Source: Candidatus Azotimanducaceae bacterium (GTDB lineage: Bacteria; Pseudomonadota; Gammaproteobacteria; Pseudomonadales; Azotimanducaceae). From it: DNA of 64,000 bases. The position numbers and the translations under genes are program-made. Positions within the stretch are counted from its first letter, which is position 1, and each line of letters begins with the position of its first letter. The notes beneath the pieces were generated by a model that saw only the letters and a program-made list of their open reading frames with translations, did no database searches and was not told where the DNA came from. This document shows, one piece after another, positions 18,747-28,124 of the stretch. Where the stretch lies: assembly GCA_965216005.1 (NCBI GenBank), contig OZ244143.1, positions 4,103,947 to 4,167,946 on the forward strand, given 5' to 3'.

Positions 18747-21700
18747 TTAGATGCTTCCGGAGACGCGCACGAAGAAGATTCGTCCGCGGCCGTCATGCAG
18801 CGTTCCATCGAACGCAGTCACCACAGCAATGTGCGGTGCCTCTTCGTCGAACACGTTCTGAACACCTACAGTTAAGTTCGAGTCCGCCAGGAAGCCGGTT
18901 TCGCCGAAGTTGTAGTTGTACTGCAAATCCACCGTGGTCATATCTTCGATCTCGTCGTCGTCCAGATCGTCGGCAACGGAGTTGTTGCCGGCGAGTCGTG
19001 CGGTAGACGCGAAGAAGAATCGCGTACCAGCCGGCACGTCGGATTCGATCTCATCCACCCAGCGGACCAGCGCGAACACGCGATGGTTGTCCTTGGACCA
19101 GCTCAGCGTACCGTTGACCTTAAATTCAGGCAGGGGACGCGCCACCGGGTTGGTGGAGTTGTAGTTGCCGACGCCGTCGAACACAGTCACACCGCCTGCG
19201 GTGTTGGGCACTTCGACGTCGAACGTCTCGATCCAAGCGGCTTGAACACCGACGCTCCAGTTGCCCCAATCGTTGTCGAAGCGATAGGAAGCGTTGAGGT
19301 CGAGACCACTGATGTCCGCGCCGTTGGCATTCGCGAAGTCGGGCAAAATGCGCAGCAGAATGCCGGAGTCATTGCGAATGATTTGGCTGCGGTTGCCGAT
19401 GCCGGCGTTGACCGCGTCGATTGCGTTAGGGCAGTTACCTGCGGTACAGGTGGCACCGGGTACGTTTGCGAGCACCCAAGCTTGCAATGCCTCGTTGTCT
19501 TCGCGGAGCAAAGTCGCAGAGGATTGTCGCGTGATGATGTCCGTGTACTCATAGTCGTACCAATCGAGGTCGATGGACAAGCCTTCGAGCCAGCCTTCTT
19601 GCGGTACCCAGGACAGACCGAAGTTGACGTTGTCCGCGGTTTCCGGCGTCAAATTAGGATTACCTGTCGTGATCGATGGCTTGAAGGTGGTCCCACCGAC
19701 CAGATCGGCCTGGTTGGCTACGGTCGTTAGTGCGCCGAAGGATTGCAGCAGGGACGGTACGCGGAAGGAGCTGCCCGCCGATGCCCTCAGAGTCAGTGAG
19801 TCTGTGGGTCGCAAGATCAATGTCACCTTCGGATCGATGGTGTCTTCGCCGATCTCGTCGAAGTCTTCGTAGCGGCCCGCGACGTTGATTTCACCCCAGT
19901 CGCCCAGCGGCACCCCGATTTCCACGAAAAATGCCGTGGTGGTGAGCCGCCCGCTCCAGTCGTCCGCACCGAACACGAAGTCCAAATTGTCGGAGGTCAG
20001 GGACGAGTCGAGCACTACCTTGCCTTTGTCGCTGCGTTGCTGGAAACCGATGGCCATGCCGACAGGGCCGTAGTCGGTCTGGAACAGGTCGCCTGATGCC
20101 ACGATGTCGATGACACGTTGACGGTAGTCGGTGTCGCTGCTGGCGCGTCCGATCAACCACTCGTAGAGCTCGGGTGCGTTGACCAGCTCCAAGTTGGTGG
20201 GACCGACACTGCCGTCGCGATTGAAGACGGAACTGCCGAAGGGGTTGAAGAAATAGCACGTCCCCGAGTCGAAATCACCGCCCGATGCGGCGAATGATGT
20301 GTTACCCGAGCCCGGTACCCCGTTGATGGGATCGCAGTTGGGGCCGCCGTAACCATTCAGGGCCAACTCCATGTGCGTCGACAACGTATCTTGCACCTGG
20401 GCGGTCTGGGAGGAGTGGTTGCTGGAAGTATAGGTGGCATCGAGCGTCCAGGAATTTTCGCCGACCTCGAAGTCCCAAGCGAGACCGAAGACCAACCGTT
20501 GGTCGTTGCGATTGGTATCCGTAAAGGTCTTGATCGGACGGATGGCGCTACCGTTTTCTGACGAAGAGTAGCCTTGCAGACGGGTCAGGTTGGCATAGGC
20601 GATCGGTTCGATACCGCGGCGGAAGGCGTCTTCCACGCTACCGGGGTTCGGTGCGAATTGGGTGACGCCGTTGCTGTCGAGGTAGGACGTACCTGTCGGG
20701 ATGGTCAAAGCCGGTGCGTTCGGGTTCAACGAGTTCAGGCGATCGAATTCGGACGCAGTCGAGGCGAATTCGAAGCGGGCCTCCAACGTGTCGGAAAGGT
20801 CGTAGTGACCCTCGACGAACAGGTTGCGCAGACTCTCTTCGGCTTGGATGGAGAAAAACGAGCCGTAGTCGTAGACACAGCGGTTAAACAGGTTGCCGAG
20901 CGCACCGCCGTTTCCGGGGGTCAGTGCCGCCGCGTCTTCGCAATTCACGTCCGCTTGCCCGAAATCGGTACCCAGCGGGTTGCGCGGTTGGTTGCCGTTA
21001 ACGGCGGCCGGTTGACCCGGGTTGAGGCCGTGTGCGGCCCAGACGATGTTTTGACCGGCGATGGGTAGCAAGCGACCTGGTTGACCCGTCGATGAAATCG
21101 TGGTGCCGCCGAAACGCTTGTAGTTGTCGGCGACGTTGATTTCGTCGCGGTTGAGGAACGACGCCGAGGCCACGATACCGCCGCGATCCCCTTGCACACC
21201 CCAGATCATACCGGCCTGGTTCGCATCACCCTGCTTGGTTTGATCGTCGGTCGTGAATTGGTACGAGAAATCGAACCCTTCGAAGTTCTTCTTGGTAATC
21301 ATATTGACCACGCCGGCGACCGCATCCGAACCGTACAAAGCGGATGCACCGTCCTTGACGATTTCGATACGCTCAACGGCGATGTTCGGTACCAGCGCAT
21401 TTACGTTCGTGGATGCGTTACCGCGGCCGTTGTACCAGGAAGGCACGTGACGCTTGCCGTTAACCAGCGGTAGCGTGGCACCGTGGCCCAGGTTGCGAAG
21501 GTTAATGTTGGCACGTCCGTCGGCGCCTTCGCCCTGGAACGTCGCAGCGCGCGTTTGACTGCCCGATGACCACGGCATCGCAGCAATCACTTCGGCGACA
21601 TCGGCGGCACCGATATCTTCGATATCCGCGGAGGACACGACCGATAGCGGTGACGGTGAATCTTGAGCAGTTCGCTTCAAATACGAACCTGTGACGACGA

Positions 21701-21812
21701 CTTCTTCGATGACCTCGTCGTCGTCTGCGGCGATGGCCGTTTGCCAACCGAAGCCGGCGACCAGCGTGCATAGAAGCAGTGTAGATAGCCTACGCAAAAC
21801 AACTCTCCCCAT
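18747..21812 (-). CDS. TonB-dependent receptor
   Basis: Signal peptide, EEVVVTGS TonB box, ERIEIVKDGASALYGSDAVAGVVN plug motif, NVFDE. Start could be the TTG at 21797. Confidence 0.95.
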   Translation of the reverse strand: MGRVVLRRLSTLLLCTLVAGFGWQTAIAADDDEVIEEVVVTGSYLKRTAQDSPSPLSVVSSADIEDIGAADVAEVIAAMPWSSGSQTRAATFQGEGADGRANINLRNLGHGATLPLVNGKRHVPSWYNGRGNASTNVNALVPNIAVERIEIVKDGASALYGSDAVAGVVNMITKKNFEGFDFSYQFTTDDQTKQGDANQAGMIWGVQGDRGGIVASASFLNRDEINVADNYKRFGGTTISSTGQPGRLLPIAGQNIVWAAHGLNPGQPAAVNGNQPRNPLGTDFGQADVNCEDAAALTPGNGGALGNLFNRCVYDYGSFFSIQAEESLRNLFVEGHYDLSDTLEARFEFASTASEFDRLNSLNPNAPALTIPTGTSYLDSNGVTQFAPNPGSVEDAFRRGIEPIAYANLTRLQGYSSSENGSAIRPIKTFTDTNRNDQRLVFGLAWDFEVGENSWTLDATYTSSNHSSQTAQVQDTLSTHMELALNGYGGPNCDPINGVPGSGNTSFAASGGDFDSGTCYFFNPFGSSVFNRDGSVGPTNLELVNAPELYEWLIGRASSDTDYRQRVIDIVASGDLFQTDYGPVGMAIGFQQRSDKGKVVLDSSLTSDNLDFVFGADDWSGRLTTTAFFVEIGVPLGDWGEINVAGRYEDFDEIGEDTIDPKVTLILRPTDSLTLRASAGSSFRVPSLLQSFGALTTVANQADLVGGTTFKPSITTGNPNLTPETADNVNFGLSWVPQEGWLEGLSIDLDWYDYEYTDIITRQSSATLLREDNEALQAWVLANVPGATCTAGNCPNAIDAVNAGIGNRSQIIRNDSGILLRILPDFANANGADISGLDLNASYRFDNDWGNWSVGVQAAWIETFDVEVPNTAGGVTVFDGVGNYNSTNPVARPLPEFKVNGTLSWSKDNHRVFALVRWVDEIESDVPAGTRFFFASTARLAGNNSVADDLDDDEIEDMTTVDLQYNYNFGETGFLADSNLTVGVQNVFDEEAPHIAVVTAFDGTLHDGRGRIFFVRVSGSI

Positions 21813-21990
21813 TTCGTTTTAGATGACTACGGCCCCAAGTCCCTTCCGTAAGTCAGGGGCCGGTATGTGACTCTCCCGAAATTCGCCTTGATCCTCTGTA
21901 ACTTAACGCGACGACTTCACTGTCACGGGTATCAGTGGAGTTCAACGAATTCCCATGTTTCGAGTTGTTTCAAGCTCGAAACGTAAGGCG

Positions 21991-22019
21991 TTTGTAAACA
22001 CCCCTAGGAAGCTTGTCAA
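21991..22019 (-). promoter_or_regulatory. Sigma70-type promoter for the TonB receptor
   Basis: TTGACA-17 bp-TACAAA on the minus strand. Confidence 0.6.
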
Positions 22020-22046
22020 CCCCTGTCTGACCGGCGCTTGCGGGGT

Positions 22047-22613
22047 TTATTGGATACGCGTCACCCGGGTGCTGGTGCCGCCTTCGGAGCGCATGATGTA
22101 CCCACCGAGCATAGCGCTCTTGATGGTCACCGAGTCGCCCACCTCGAAAGGTGAAGTACGCGGAGCGGTCTGGATCCAGACCTGGCCGTTTTCGAGCCGG
22201 AAGACCATTTTCTGCTGCGGTTCCGCTTTAATGGCGGCAATCGTGGTGGTGAAATCGATATCCGGACCGCGGTCGAACAGACGCTTCTCGCGCTCGGTTT
22301 GCCCGCGAATAGGGGCGTCTTCGTTGGGCGGAGTGACCTGGCCGGTATTGCGGTCTGTTTGGCGTTGGCCACCGGTCTGAGGCGTGGGTGCTGCGACGGC
22401 GCTTGAGGGTTGCGGCGCGGTGCGGGGTCGTAAAGGTGTGGAGTCGATGAAGGGCTTGTCCGGGTCCCGCGGATATTGGGCGTCGAAGCAGGCAAGACGC
22501 TCTCTGGCGTTTTCGATTTGCGCGCAATCCTGCGGGGCCGCGCTCGCCAAAACTTGCCCGGGCAGGCCCAGAATGGCCGTGAGCGCAACACGCGTAACTA
22601 GGGACTTCTTCAT
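22047..22613 (-). CDS. Hypothetical secreted protein
   Basis: Signal peptide, CAQI....RLACFD motif, Pro-rich linker, C-terminal beta domain (LENGQVW). Confidence 0.75.
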   Translation of the reverse strand: MKKSLVTRVALTAILGLPGQVLASAAPQDCAQIENARERLACFDAQYPRDPDKPFIDSTPLRPRTAPQPSSAVAAPTPQTGGQRQTDRNTGQVTPPNEDAPIRGQTEREKRLFDRGPDIDFTTTIAAIKAEPQQKMVFRLENGQVWIQTAPRTSPFEVGDSVTIKSAMLGGYIMRSEGGTSTRVTRIQ

Positions 22614-22651
22614 CTATTTATCCTACTACTCATTACGACTACCTATTCCGA

Positions 22652-23446
22652 CTACTGCCCTTTGAATTCCGGTGCGCGTTTTTCCATGAAGCTGGCCATG
22701 CCTTCCTTGAAGTCGTCCGATTGAAATAGCGGCAGCAACTGCAGGAACACGTGGTGCACGTGGTCGTTGAAGTTCTCATCCATGCCCATGCGCATCATCC
22801 GCTTGGACGCTTGCACCGCAAGGGGTGCGTTCTTGGCAATGGCTTGGGCCATGGCGAGCGCCTCGGCGTGCACTTCGTTGTTGTTGACTACGCGCGATAC
22901 CAAACCCATCTCGTCGCACTCGGCCGCTGTCAGCGTCTTGCCGGTGAAGATGATCTCGGAAGCTTTCGACCAGCCGATCAAGCGTGGCAGTATCCAAGTG
23001 CCGCCGGATTCGGGCACCACGCCTCTGGCAGTGAAGGCGGCGGCCAGTTTGGCGCCGTCGGCCATGATGCGAATGTCACAGCCGAGAGCGAGGTCCATGC
23101 CGTAGCCCGCTGCCGAGCCGTTGAGGGCTGCGATGGTGGGCGTATCCAGATTGTGCAATACCGTGGGTGGTGTGTTGCGCAGATCGAGGTTGGCCGGAGA
23201 TCGGTTGCCTTCGCTCAAATTGTCGGTGATGTCACTGCCCCGCAGATCGAGGCCTGCACAAAAGAACTTGCCCGTCCCCGTGATGACGATGGCGCGAACC
23301 TCCCGGTCGGCGTCCGCCTCCAGTAAAGACCGGCTCAGGGTGTCGAGCATCGGACCGGAAATCGTGTTCTGCCGGTCGGGACGGTTGAAGGTGATCACGC
23401 CGACATGATCGTGGATTTCGTAGAGTACTGCGTCGTCGTTGGCCAT
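22652..23446 (-). CDS. Enoyl-CoA hydratase/isomerase family protein
   Basis: FCAGLDL, AAGYGMDLALGCDIR, PESGG. Confidence 0.93.
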   Translation of the reverse strand: MANDDAVLYEIHDHVGVITFNRPDRQNTISGPMLDTLSRSLLEADADREVRAIVITGTGKFFCAGLDLRGSDITDNLSEGNRSPANLDLRNTPPTVLHNLDTPTIAALNGSAAGYGMDLALGCDIRIMADGAKLAAAFTARGVVPESGGTWILPRLIGWSKASEIIFTGKTLTAAECDEMGLVSRVVNNNEVHAEALAMAQAIAKNAPLAVQASKRMMRMGMDENFNDHVHHVFLQLLPLFQSDDFKEGMASFMEKRAPEFKGQ

Positions 23447-23571
23447 TAGGTTGTCGATAGTCGATTGGGACTCTTATCTAACATGATCGCGTGGTGAGGT
23501 GAAGTTAAAACCAGGACGAAAAAATTGGCGATCGCCGCGAGCGCCGTCTAGATTAAATACTCGCAAACGGA

Positions 23572-23811
23572 TTGAGTGAAACGCGGCGCATGGAAAAGCA
23601 TGGACAGGGACTGGTCGACCTCTTGGAAATCTATCACGCGCGTCAAGTTCGTGACGATCTCGTCCAACAATTGCGCCGCTTGCGTCAGTCGCAACAATTA
23701 CCGCTGTGCGAACACGCCAGGCGCAAGGAAGTGCGCCGACACTACGAGATGCTTTTGAGCTCGATCACCGATCTGCTCCGGCAGCTTGGCGATGAGGTGC
23801 CGTCAGGTTAG
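23572..23811 (+). CDS. Small hypothetical helical protein
   Basis: 79-aa ORF filling the intergenic gap; amphipathic pattern. Start may be the later ATG (MEKHG). Confidence 0.5.
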   Translation: MSETRRMEKHGQGLVDLLEIYHARQVRDDLVQQLRRLRQSQQLPLCEHARRKEVRRHYEMLLSSITDLLRQLGDEVPSG

Positions 23812-24605
23812 GACGCCTGGTCGGGCATCTTCTGCTCGTTGCCCGCATACCCTGCCTCAGGCGGGATACATAAATAGGTACCGTCTTCGCGTTGTTCGGT
23901 CCAAGGCAGCACCGGCACGATAGTGTCGTTTTGCGCCGCACGCACGGCCTCATCCACGGTGCTCGCACGGTCCAGCTTTTCGATGTTTTTCAATGTCGGA
24001 AAAATGACAGTGCGCGTACCCGCTGCGGCATCGGCGAGGGCCTGGGCTGGCGAGATCCACACCGAGTCTACCGATTCGTAACCGTCGTGCAGCGCCAACT
24101 GGTCTGCCGGGGCGTGCGCTAGGTAAAAGTGGGTATCGAACCGCTTCGGCATCATCGGTGGCGTTATCCAGCGCGCGAAGTGGGTCAGTCCGTCGCACGC
24201 TAGAATTAGATCGTGTGCTGAGAGGAACTCGAGTAAGGACAACTCGCCCTTATTGAGGGGTTCGCGATGGCGCTGTAAATCTTCCAGCTCGGCAGCCGCA
24301 ATGAGGTCGGCGTGACCTCGTTGACGCGCCAACAGCACGCCGCATTCCTCGAAGGCCTCGCGGATGGAGGCAACTTGCACGGCGCGCATGGCCGGGTCTC
24401 GAGCGGGAGAGCTCAGGTAAGGCAGCAAGGCGTCCTCGAAATCTTGCGGATCGGCCTTACCACCCGGGAAAACGAGTGCCCCTGAAGCGAAGTCGATCTG
24501 GTGATGGCGTACGACCATGAAGACTTCTAATCCGTCGGCACCGTCGCGCAATAACATCACGGTGGCAGCGGGTACCGGACTAGCCGGTGTGTCGGGTTGG
24601 CTCAT
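23808..24605 (-). CDS. NUDIX hydrolase (NUDT19-like)
   Basis: FPGGK, REAFEECG, WITP...KRFDTHFY. Confidence 0.9.
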   Translation of the reverse strand: MSQPDTPASPVPAATVMLLRDGADGLEVFMVVRHHQIDFASGALVFPGGKADPQDFEDALLPYLSSPARDPAMRAVQVASIREAFEECGVLLARQRGHADLIAAAELEDLQRHREPLNKGELSLLEFLSAHDLILACDGLTHFARWITPPMMPKRFDTHFYLAHAPADQLALHDGYESVDSVWISPAQALADAAAGTRTVIFPTLKNIEKLDRASTVDEAVRAAQNDTIVPVLPWTEQREDGTYLCIPPEAGYAGNEQKMPDQAS

Positions 24606-24635
24606 CGGGAGTCCTCAAGAGGGGTAGAAAGTGCC

Positions 24636-25532
24636 TTAACGCCCTGCCACTGCGGTGATGAAGCGGTCGAGGGTAGCGAGCTTCTGGGCCTTCGGTCCGA
24701 GGGTGAAATCGGGGACGATGAACTCGTCGACCCCGGCTTCGGCGTATTCGCTCATCACGTCTTTGACCTCTGCCGGTGTGCCGATGACGCTCGGGCGGCC
24801 GCTATCGTTGTTGCGCACACCTTCGAGGTATGCTTGGTCCTCGCTCATGAAGAGCAACGCCACCGCGCTGCGCTGGATGTCTTTAGGATTACGGTCGACA
24901 TCGCCGCAGTGTCGATCGAGGATGGCCATCTTGTGCCGCAACACCGCAGGATCCCCCCAGACGTTCCACTCATCGGCGTATTGGGCGGTTATCTTCAGTG
25001 TCATGCGTTCTCCGCCGCCACCGATGAGCAGGGGTAATGGGGTTTGTACGGGCTTTGGCTCGAGGGTCGCTGCCTTGAGCGTGTAGTGTCGACCCTCAAA
25101 AGAAGCGGCCGTCTCGCTGAACAGAGCCTTGATGACCTGGCAGGCTTCTGCCAGGCGGTCGAGCCGTTCTTTTACCGTGTAAAACTCGATACCGTATTGT
25201 ACATGTTCGTTTTCTTGCCAGCCGCTGCCGAGACCCAGAACGACGCGACCGTCGGTGATGTGGTCGAGCGTGGCCGCCATTTTCGCCAGTACCGCCGGGT
25301 GGCGGTAGGTGTTGCCGGTGACCAATGTGCCTATACGTAGCCTGGGCACGGTCGCGCCAAGGGCAGCGAGCGTGGTCCACGCTTCGGGAAAGGGCGGTGC
25401 CGTGTCTTCGGCGTTGGGCATGAAATGATCGGCATACCAGATGCCGTCCCACCCCGTGGCTTCCACATGTCGAGCGAGTTCGAGCACCTCGGTAAAGGGC
25501 TGTGAGGGGTTCGGCCAGAAACTGAAACGCAT
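24636..25532 (-). CDS. Luciferase-like monooxygenase (LLM class, F420-type family)
   Basis: WYADHF, RHPAVLAKMAATLDH, LGLGSGW, LLIGGGGE. Confidence 0.9.
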   Translation of the reverse strand: MRFSFWPNPSQPFTEVLELARHVEATGWDGIWYADHFMPNAEDTAPPFPEAWTTLAALGATVPRLRIGTLVTGNTYRHPAVLAKMAATLDHITDGRVVLGLGSGWQENEHVQYGIEFYTVKERLDRLAEACQVIKALFSETAASFEGRHYTLKAATLEPKPVQTPLPLLIGGGGERMTLKITAQYADEWNVWGDPAVLRHKMAILDRHCGDVDRNPKDIQRSAVALLFMSEDQAYLEGVRNNDSGRPSVIGTPAEVKDVMSEYAEAGVDEFIVPDFTLGPKAQKLATLDRFITAVAGR

Positions 25533-25598
25533 AATTTGAAATGTTCGCTTATGCAGGTAGCTATGGCAAACTCGCTCGAAGGGGCACCTGCCTGTCTG

Positions 25599-25653
25599 TA
25601 GAAGCGGCCGGCAATAGAAGCGGGCAGGCAATAGAAGCGGGCAGGCAATAGAA
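25599..25653. repeat. 17-bp tandem repeat (GGCAATAGAAGCGGGCA, about 3 copies)
   Basis: Full copies at 25610-25626 and 25627-25643, with partial copies on both sides. Confidence 0.9.
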
Positions 25654-25660
25654 ACGCGCA

Positions 25661-26194
25661 ATGGGGCACATCAAAACAGCACGCTTGCAGCTGCGTCCAC
25701 TGGACGGCAGCCACATCGATTCGTTACACGAAATGAGTGTAGACCGAGAGGTGCGCCGCTATCTGTGGGAGGATGAGATCATCCCGCGCGAGCGGGTTGA
25801 GGAGATGGTGCGATTGAGCGAAGCTTGTTTTGCCGACCATGGCACCGGCTTCTACGCGATGTACCTCGCGGACGCGGACGATCCGGCGTACGGTGAGTTC
25901 GTTGGGTTTTGCGGTCACCGGATATACGAAGACGGACACAGCATGGAGTTGTTGTTCGGCATGCTGCCGCGATTCTGGGGGCGGGGTTTCGGCCAGGAAG
26001 CGGCGCGCCGCGTGTTGGAACACGGCTTCAAGGATTGCGGGATCGAACGCGTGCTGGCAGTCACGGACACACCTAATCAACGCTCGGTGAGGGTCTTGCA
26101 GCGGCTCGGTATGTCGTTTGCTAAACGTGGCGAGCGTCACGGCTTGGATACGATGTTTTACGAAGTAACCTCGACGGACTTCGAGGCGTCTTGA
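25661..26194 (+). CDS. GNAT (RimJ/RimL-like) N-acetyltransferase
   Basis: RLQLRPL, RFWGRGFG, NQRSVRVLQRLGM. Confidence 0.88.
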   Translation: MGHIKTARLQLRPLDGSHIDSLHEMSVDREVRRYLWEDEIIPRERVEEMVRLSEACFADHGTGFYAMYLADADDPAYGEFVGFCGHRIYEDGHSMELLFGMLPRFWGRGFGQEAARRVLEHGFKDCGIERVLAVTDTPNQRSVRVLQRLGMSFAKRGERHGLDTMFYEVTSTDFEAS

Positions 26195-26475
26195 AAGTTG
26201 CCTGTTTAACGGTCTCCTTCTATCTACACGGCTGCCGCTCCCTGAAGGAAAAGCGCCGCCGTCTCGCGAAGCTGCGCGACAAATTCGGTAAACAAACCGC
26301 GTTGGCGGTGTGCGAGTCGAACTACGCCGACGAACTCAAGCGCGGGCAATGGTCGTTCATCGCGACAGCGGCCGAGCGGGTGGTGGTTGAGCAATGTCTT
26401 ACCCAGGTCGAACGTTACGTGGCGAGCGAAGTGGATGCGGATGTTGTCGGTGTGCAACGTGATTGGTTGAGTTGA
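26191..26475 (+). CDS. DUF503 (YlxP-like) protein
   Basis: SLKEKRR....LRDKF...AVCE pattern. Confidence 0.85.
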   Translation: MKVACLTVSFYLHGCRSLKEKRRRLAKLRDKFGKQTALAVCESNYADELKRGQWSFIATAAERVVVEQCLTQVERYVASEVDADVVGVQRDWLS

Positions 26476-26483
26476 GATAAGCG

Positions 26484-26882
26484 TTGATGTCTTTGTTAGT
26501 AGTCATCCTCGTTGCCTTGGGCGTGTATCTGTATGTGCGCAGCATGCGCGTCAGCCGTCGGAACTGGTTGCAACGCATCGACCTGATCGGCACCTGGCGT
26601 TGTGACGAAGATGGCATCACGCTCAAATTTGCGGGTCAGCTGGACGCAGGCCGCTATCAGTGGCACGAAACCGCAGCGCAGGCACAGGATGGGACTTGGC
26701 GTCTGGTAGGTCACACGCTGTTGCTTCGTAGTTCCGACGGCGAACGCGAATTCGATCTTAGTTTCTTCAAGCCCGGTCACATTGGGCTGGAAGACACTGC
26801 AAAAAAACGCCGCGTGTTTACTAAAGCCACGGACAATGTCGTGGAACTGCGCAAGCGGGGTCCGCAAAACGGTGCCAACTGA
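26484..26882 (+). CDS. Hypothetical membrane-anchored protein
   Basis: N-terminal TM segment; sits between operon-like neighbours. Confidence 0.7.
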   Translation: MMSLLVVILVALGVYLYVRSMRVSRRNWLQRIDLIGTWRCDEDGITLKFAGQLDAGRYQWHETAAQAQDGTWRLVGHTLLLRSSDGEREFDLSFFKPGHIGLEDTAKKRRVFTKATDNVVELRKRGPQNGAN

Positions 26883-27780
26883 CCGCGAGCGCAACGCTCA
26901 AAGACGCCGGCGTAACTGGCTGCTGGTGGTGGCGGTGCTGGTGCTGATGTTTTTCGGGCGGTGGTCGGTCGACCCCGAAAGGGTGGATGCCACAACTCTG
27001 CCGTTCTACACCACATCGCACGACCCGCTGGTGATTGCGCACCGGGGCGGAGCGCATCTCAGACCGGAGAACACTTTGCCTGCCTTCGATCACGCTGTCG
27101 CGCTGGGTGCCGACGTGCTGGAGATGGATTTGCGCAGCACCGCCGACGGTCACATCGTCGTGTTTCACGATGAAACCGTAGAGCGCACGACGAACGGCAA
27201 CGGTTTCGTGCACGCGTTGACACTGGACGCGCTCAAATCCCTGGATGCGGCCTATCACTTTACCGATCAAGATGGCGGCAACGGCTGGCGCGGGCAGGGT
27301 GTGCAGGTGCCGACCCTGGCGGAAGTATTGGAACGCTACCCTGCGCAACGCATGAGCGTAGAGATCAAGCAACGCGAGCCGTCTTTGGTGAATACGTTGT
27401 GTGCGCAATTGGCAGACAAGCGCGATCACGTGTTGGTGGCATCGTTCATCGACGAGGAGATCAATCGGTTTCGTGAGGTGTGTCCGGATTTTCTGACAAG
27501 CGCGTCAACGCCGGAAATAACCTGGTTTGTGACGTATCAGACTCTGGGCGTTAGCAAACTGTTCACGAGCACGGTGAACACCTTGCAAATCCCGCGGGAA
27601 AAGTACGGTTTCAATCTGCTCAAACGCAGTCTGGTGCGCGATGCCGGACGCTGGGGTATGGCAGTCGAGTACTGGACTCTAAACGATGTCGAGGCGATGC
27701 GCTCAGCCATAGAGAGCGGTGCTCGGGGTATCGTCACAGATCGGCCCGATGTATTGCTTGCGGAGCTGGGCCGGCTCTAA
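26872..27780 (+). CDS. Glycerophosphodiester phosphodiesterase
   Basis: IAHRGG, PENT, LEMD, HDETVERTT, GIVTDRP. GTG start estimated. Confidence 0.92.
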   Translation: MPTDRERNAQRRRRNWLLVVAVLVLMFFGRWSVDPERVDATTLPFYTTSHDPLVIAHRGGAHLRPENTLPAFDHAVALGADVLEMDLRSTADGHIVVFHDETVERTTNGNGFVHALTLDALKSLDAAYHFTDQDGGNGWRGQGVQVPTLAEVLERYPAQRMSVEIKQREPSLVNTLCAQLADKRDHVLVASFIDEEINRFREVCPDFLTSASTPEITWFVTYQTLGVSKLFTSTVNTLQIPREKYGFNLLKRSLVRDAGRWGMAVEYWTLNDVEAMRSAIESGARGIVTDRPDVLLAELGRL

Positions 27781-27789
27781 TTCAACTGC

Positions 27790-28005
27790 TCAGCGAGTGC
27801 GGCGGTCGGGGAGGTCAGGATTGCGTCGAGGTAACAGATCTTCGGCGACTCGATCTTCGTTGCGCCGGTCCGCGTTCATCTGCCGGCGGTCCGATAATCC
27901 CACACGCCGTTCCGACCCGCTGGCGCGCGGTTCTGCGATTTCAGGTGTAGACGGATTGAGTTGTGAACTGGATGACGCAGCAGGCATAGCGGTGACTGGA
28001 GACAC
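27790..28005 (-). CDS. Small hypothetical protein with repeated (E/D)RR motifs
   Basis: 71-aa ORF in an otherwise empty gap. Confidence 0.5.
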   Translation of the reverse strand: MSPVTAMPAASSSSQLNPSTPEIAEPRASGSERRVGLSDRRQMNADRRNEDRVAEDLLPRRNPDLPDRRTR

Positions 28006-28124
28006 TCATTTGAACGAAGGAAATTCGACCGAGATTTTACCATGAATCGCTCGCCTGGCTACGGTAATTCAGTACAATGCGCGCGCCTTTTTGGGTCTAA
28101 ATCTAACTGAAGACGGATAATCGC

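Noticed and set aside
21900-21960. Cobalamin riboswitch before the TonB receptor
   Set aside because: Only a GGGAA...TGAA..CC-like fragment is present on the minus strand; the P4 pairing and the B12-box elements could not be found.
24636-25532. Claim of F420 metabolism from the two LLM genes
   Set aside because: Family resemblance only; no F420 biosynthesis genes are in the window and the cofactor cannot be determined.
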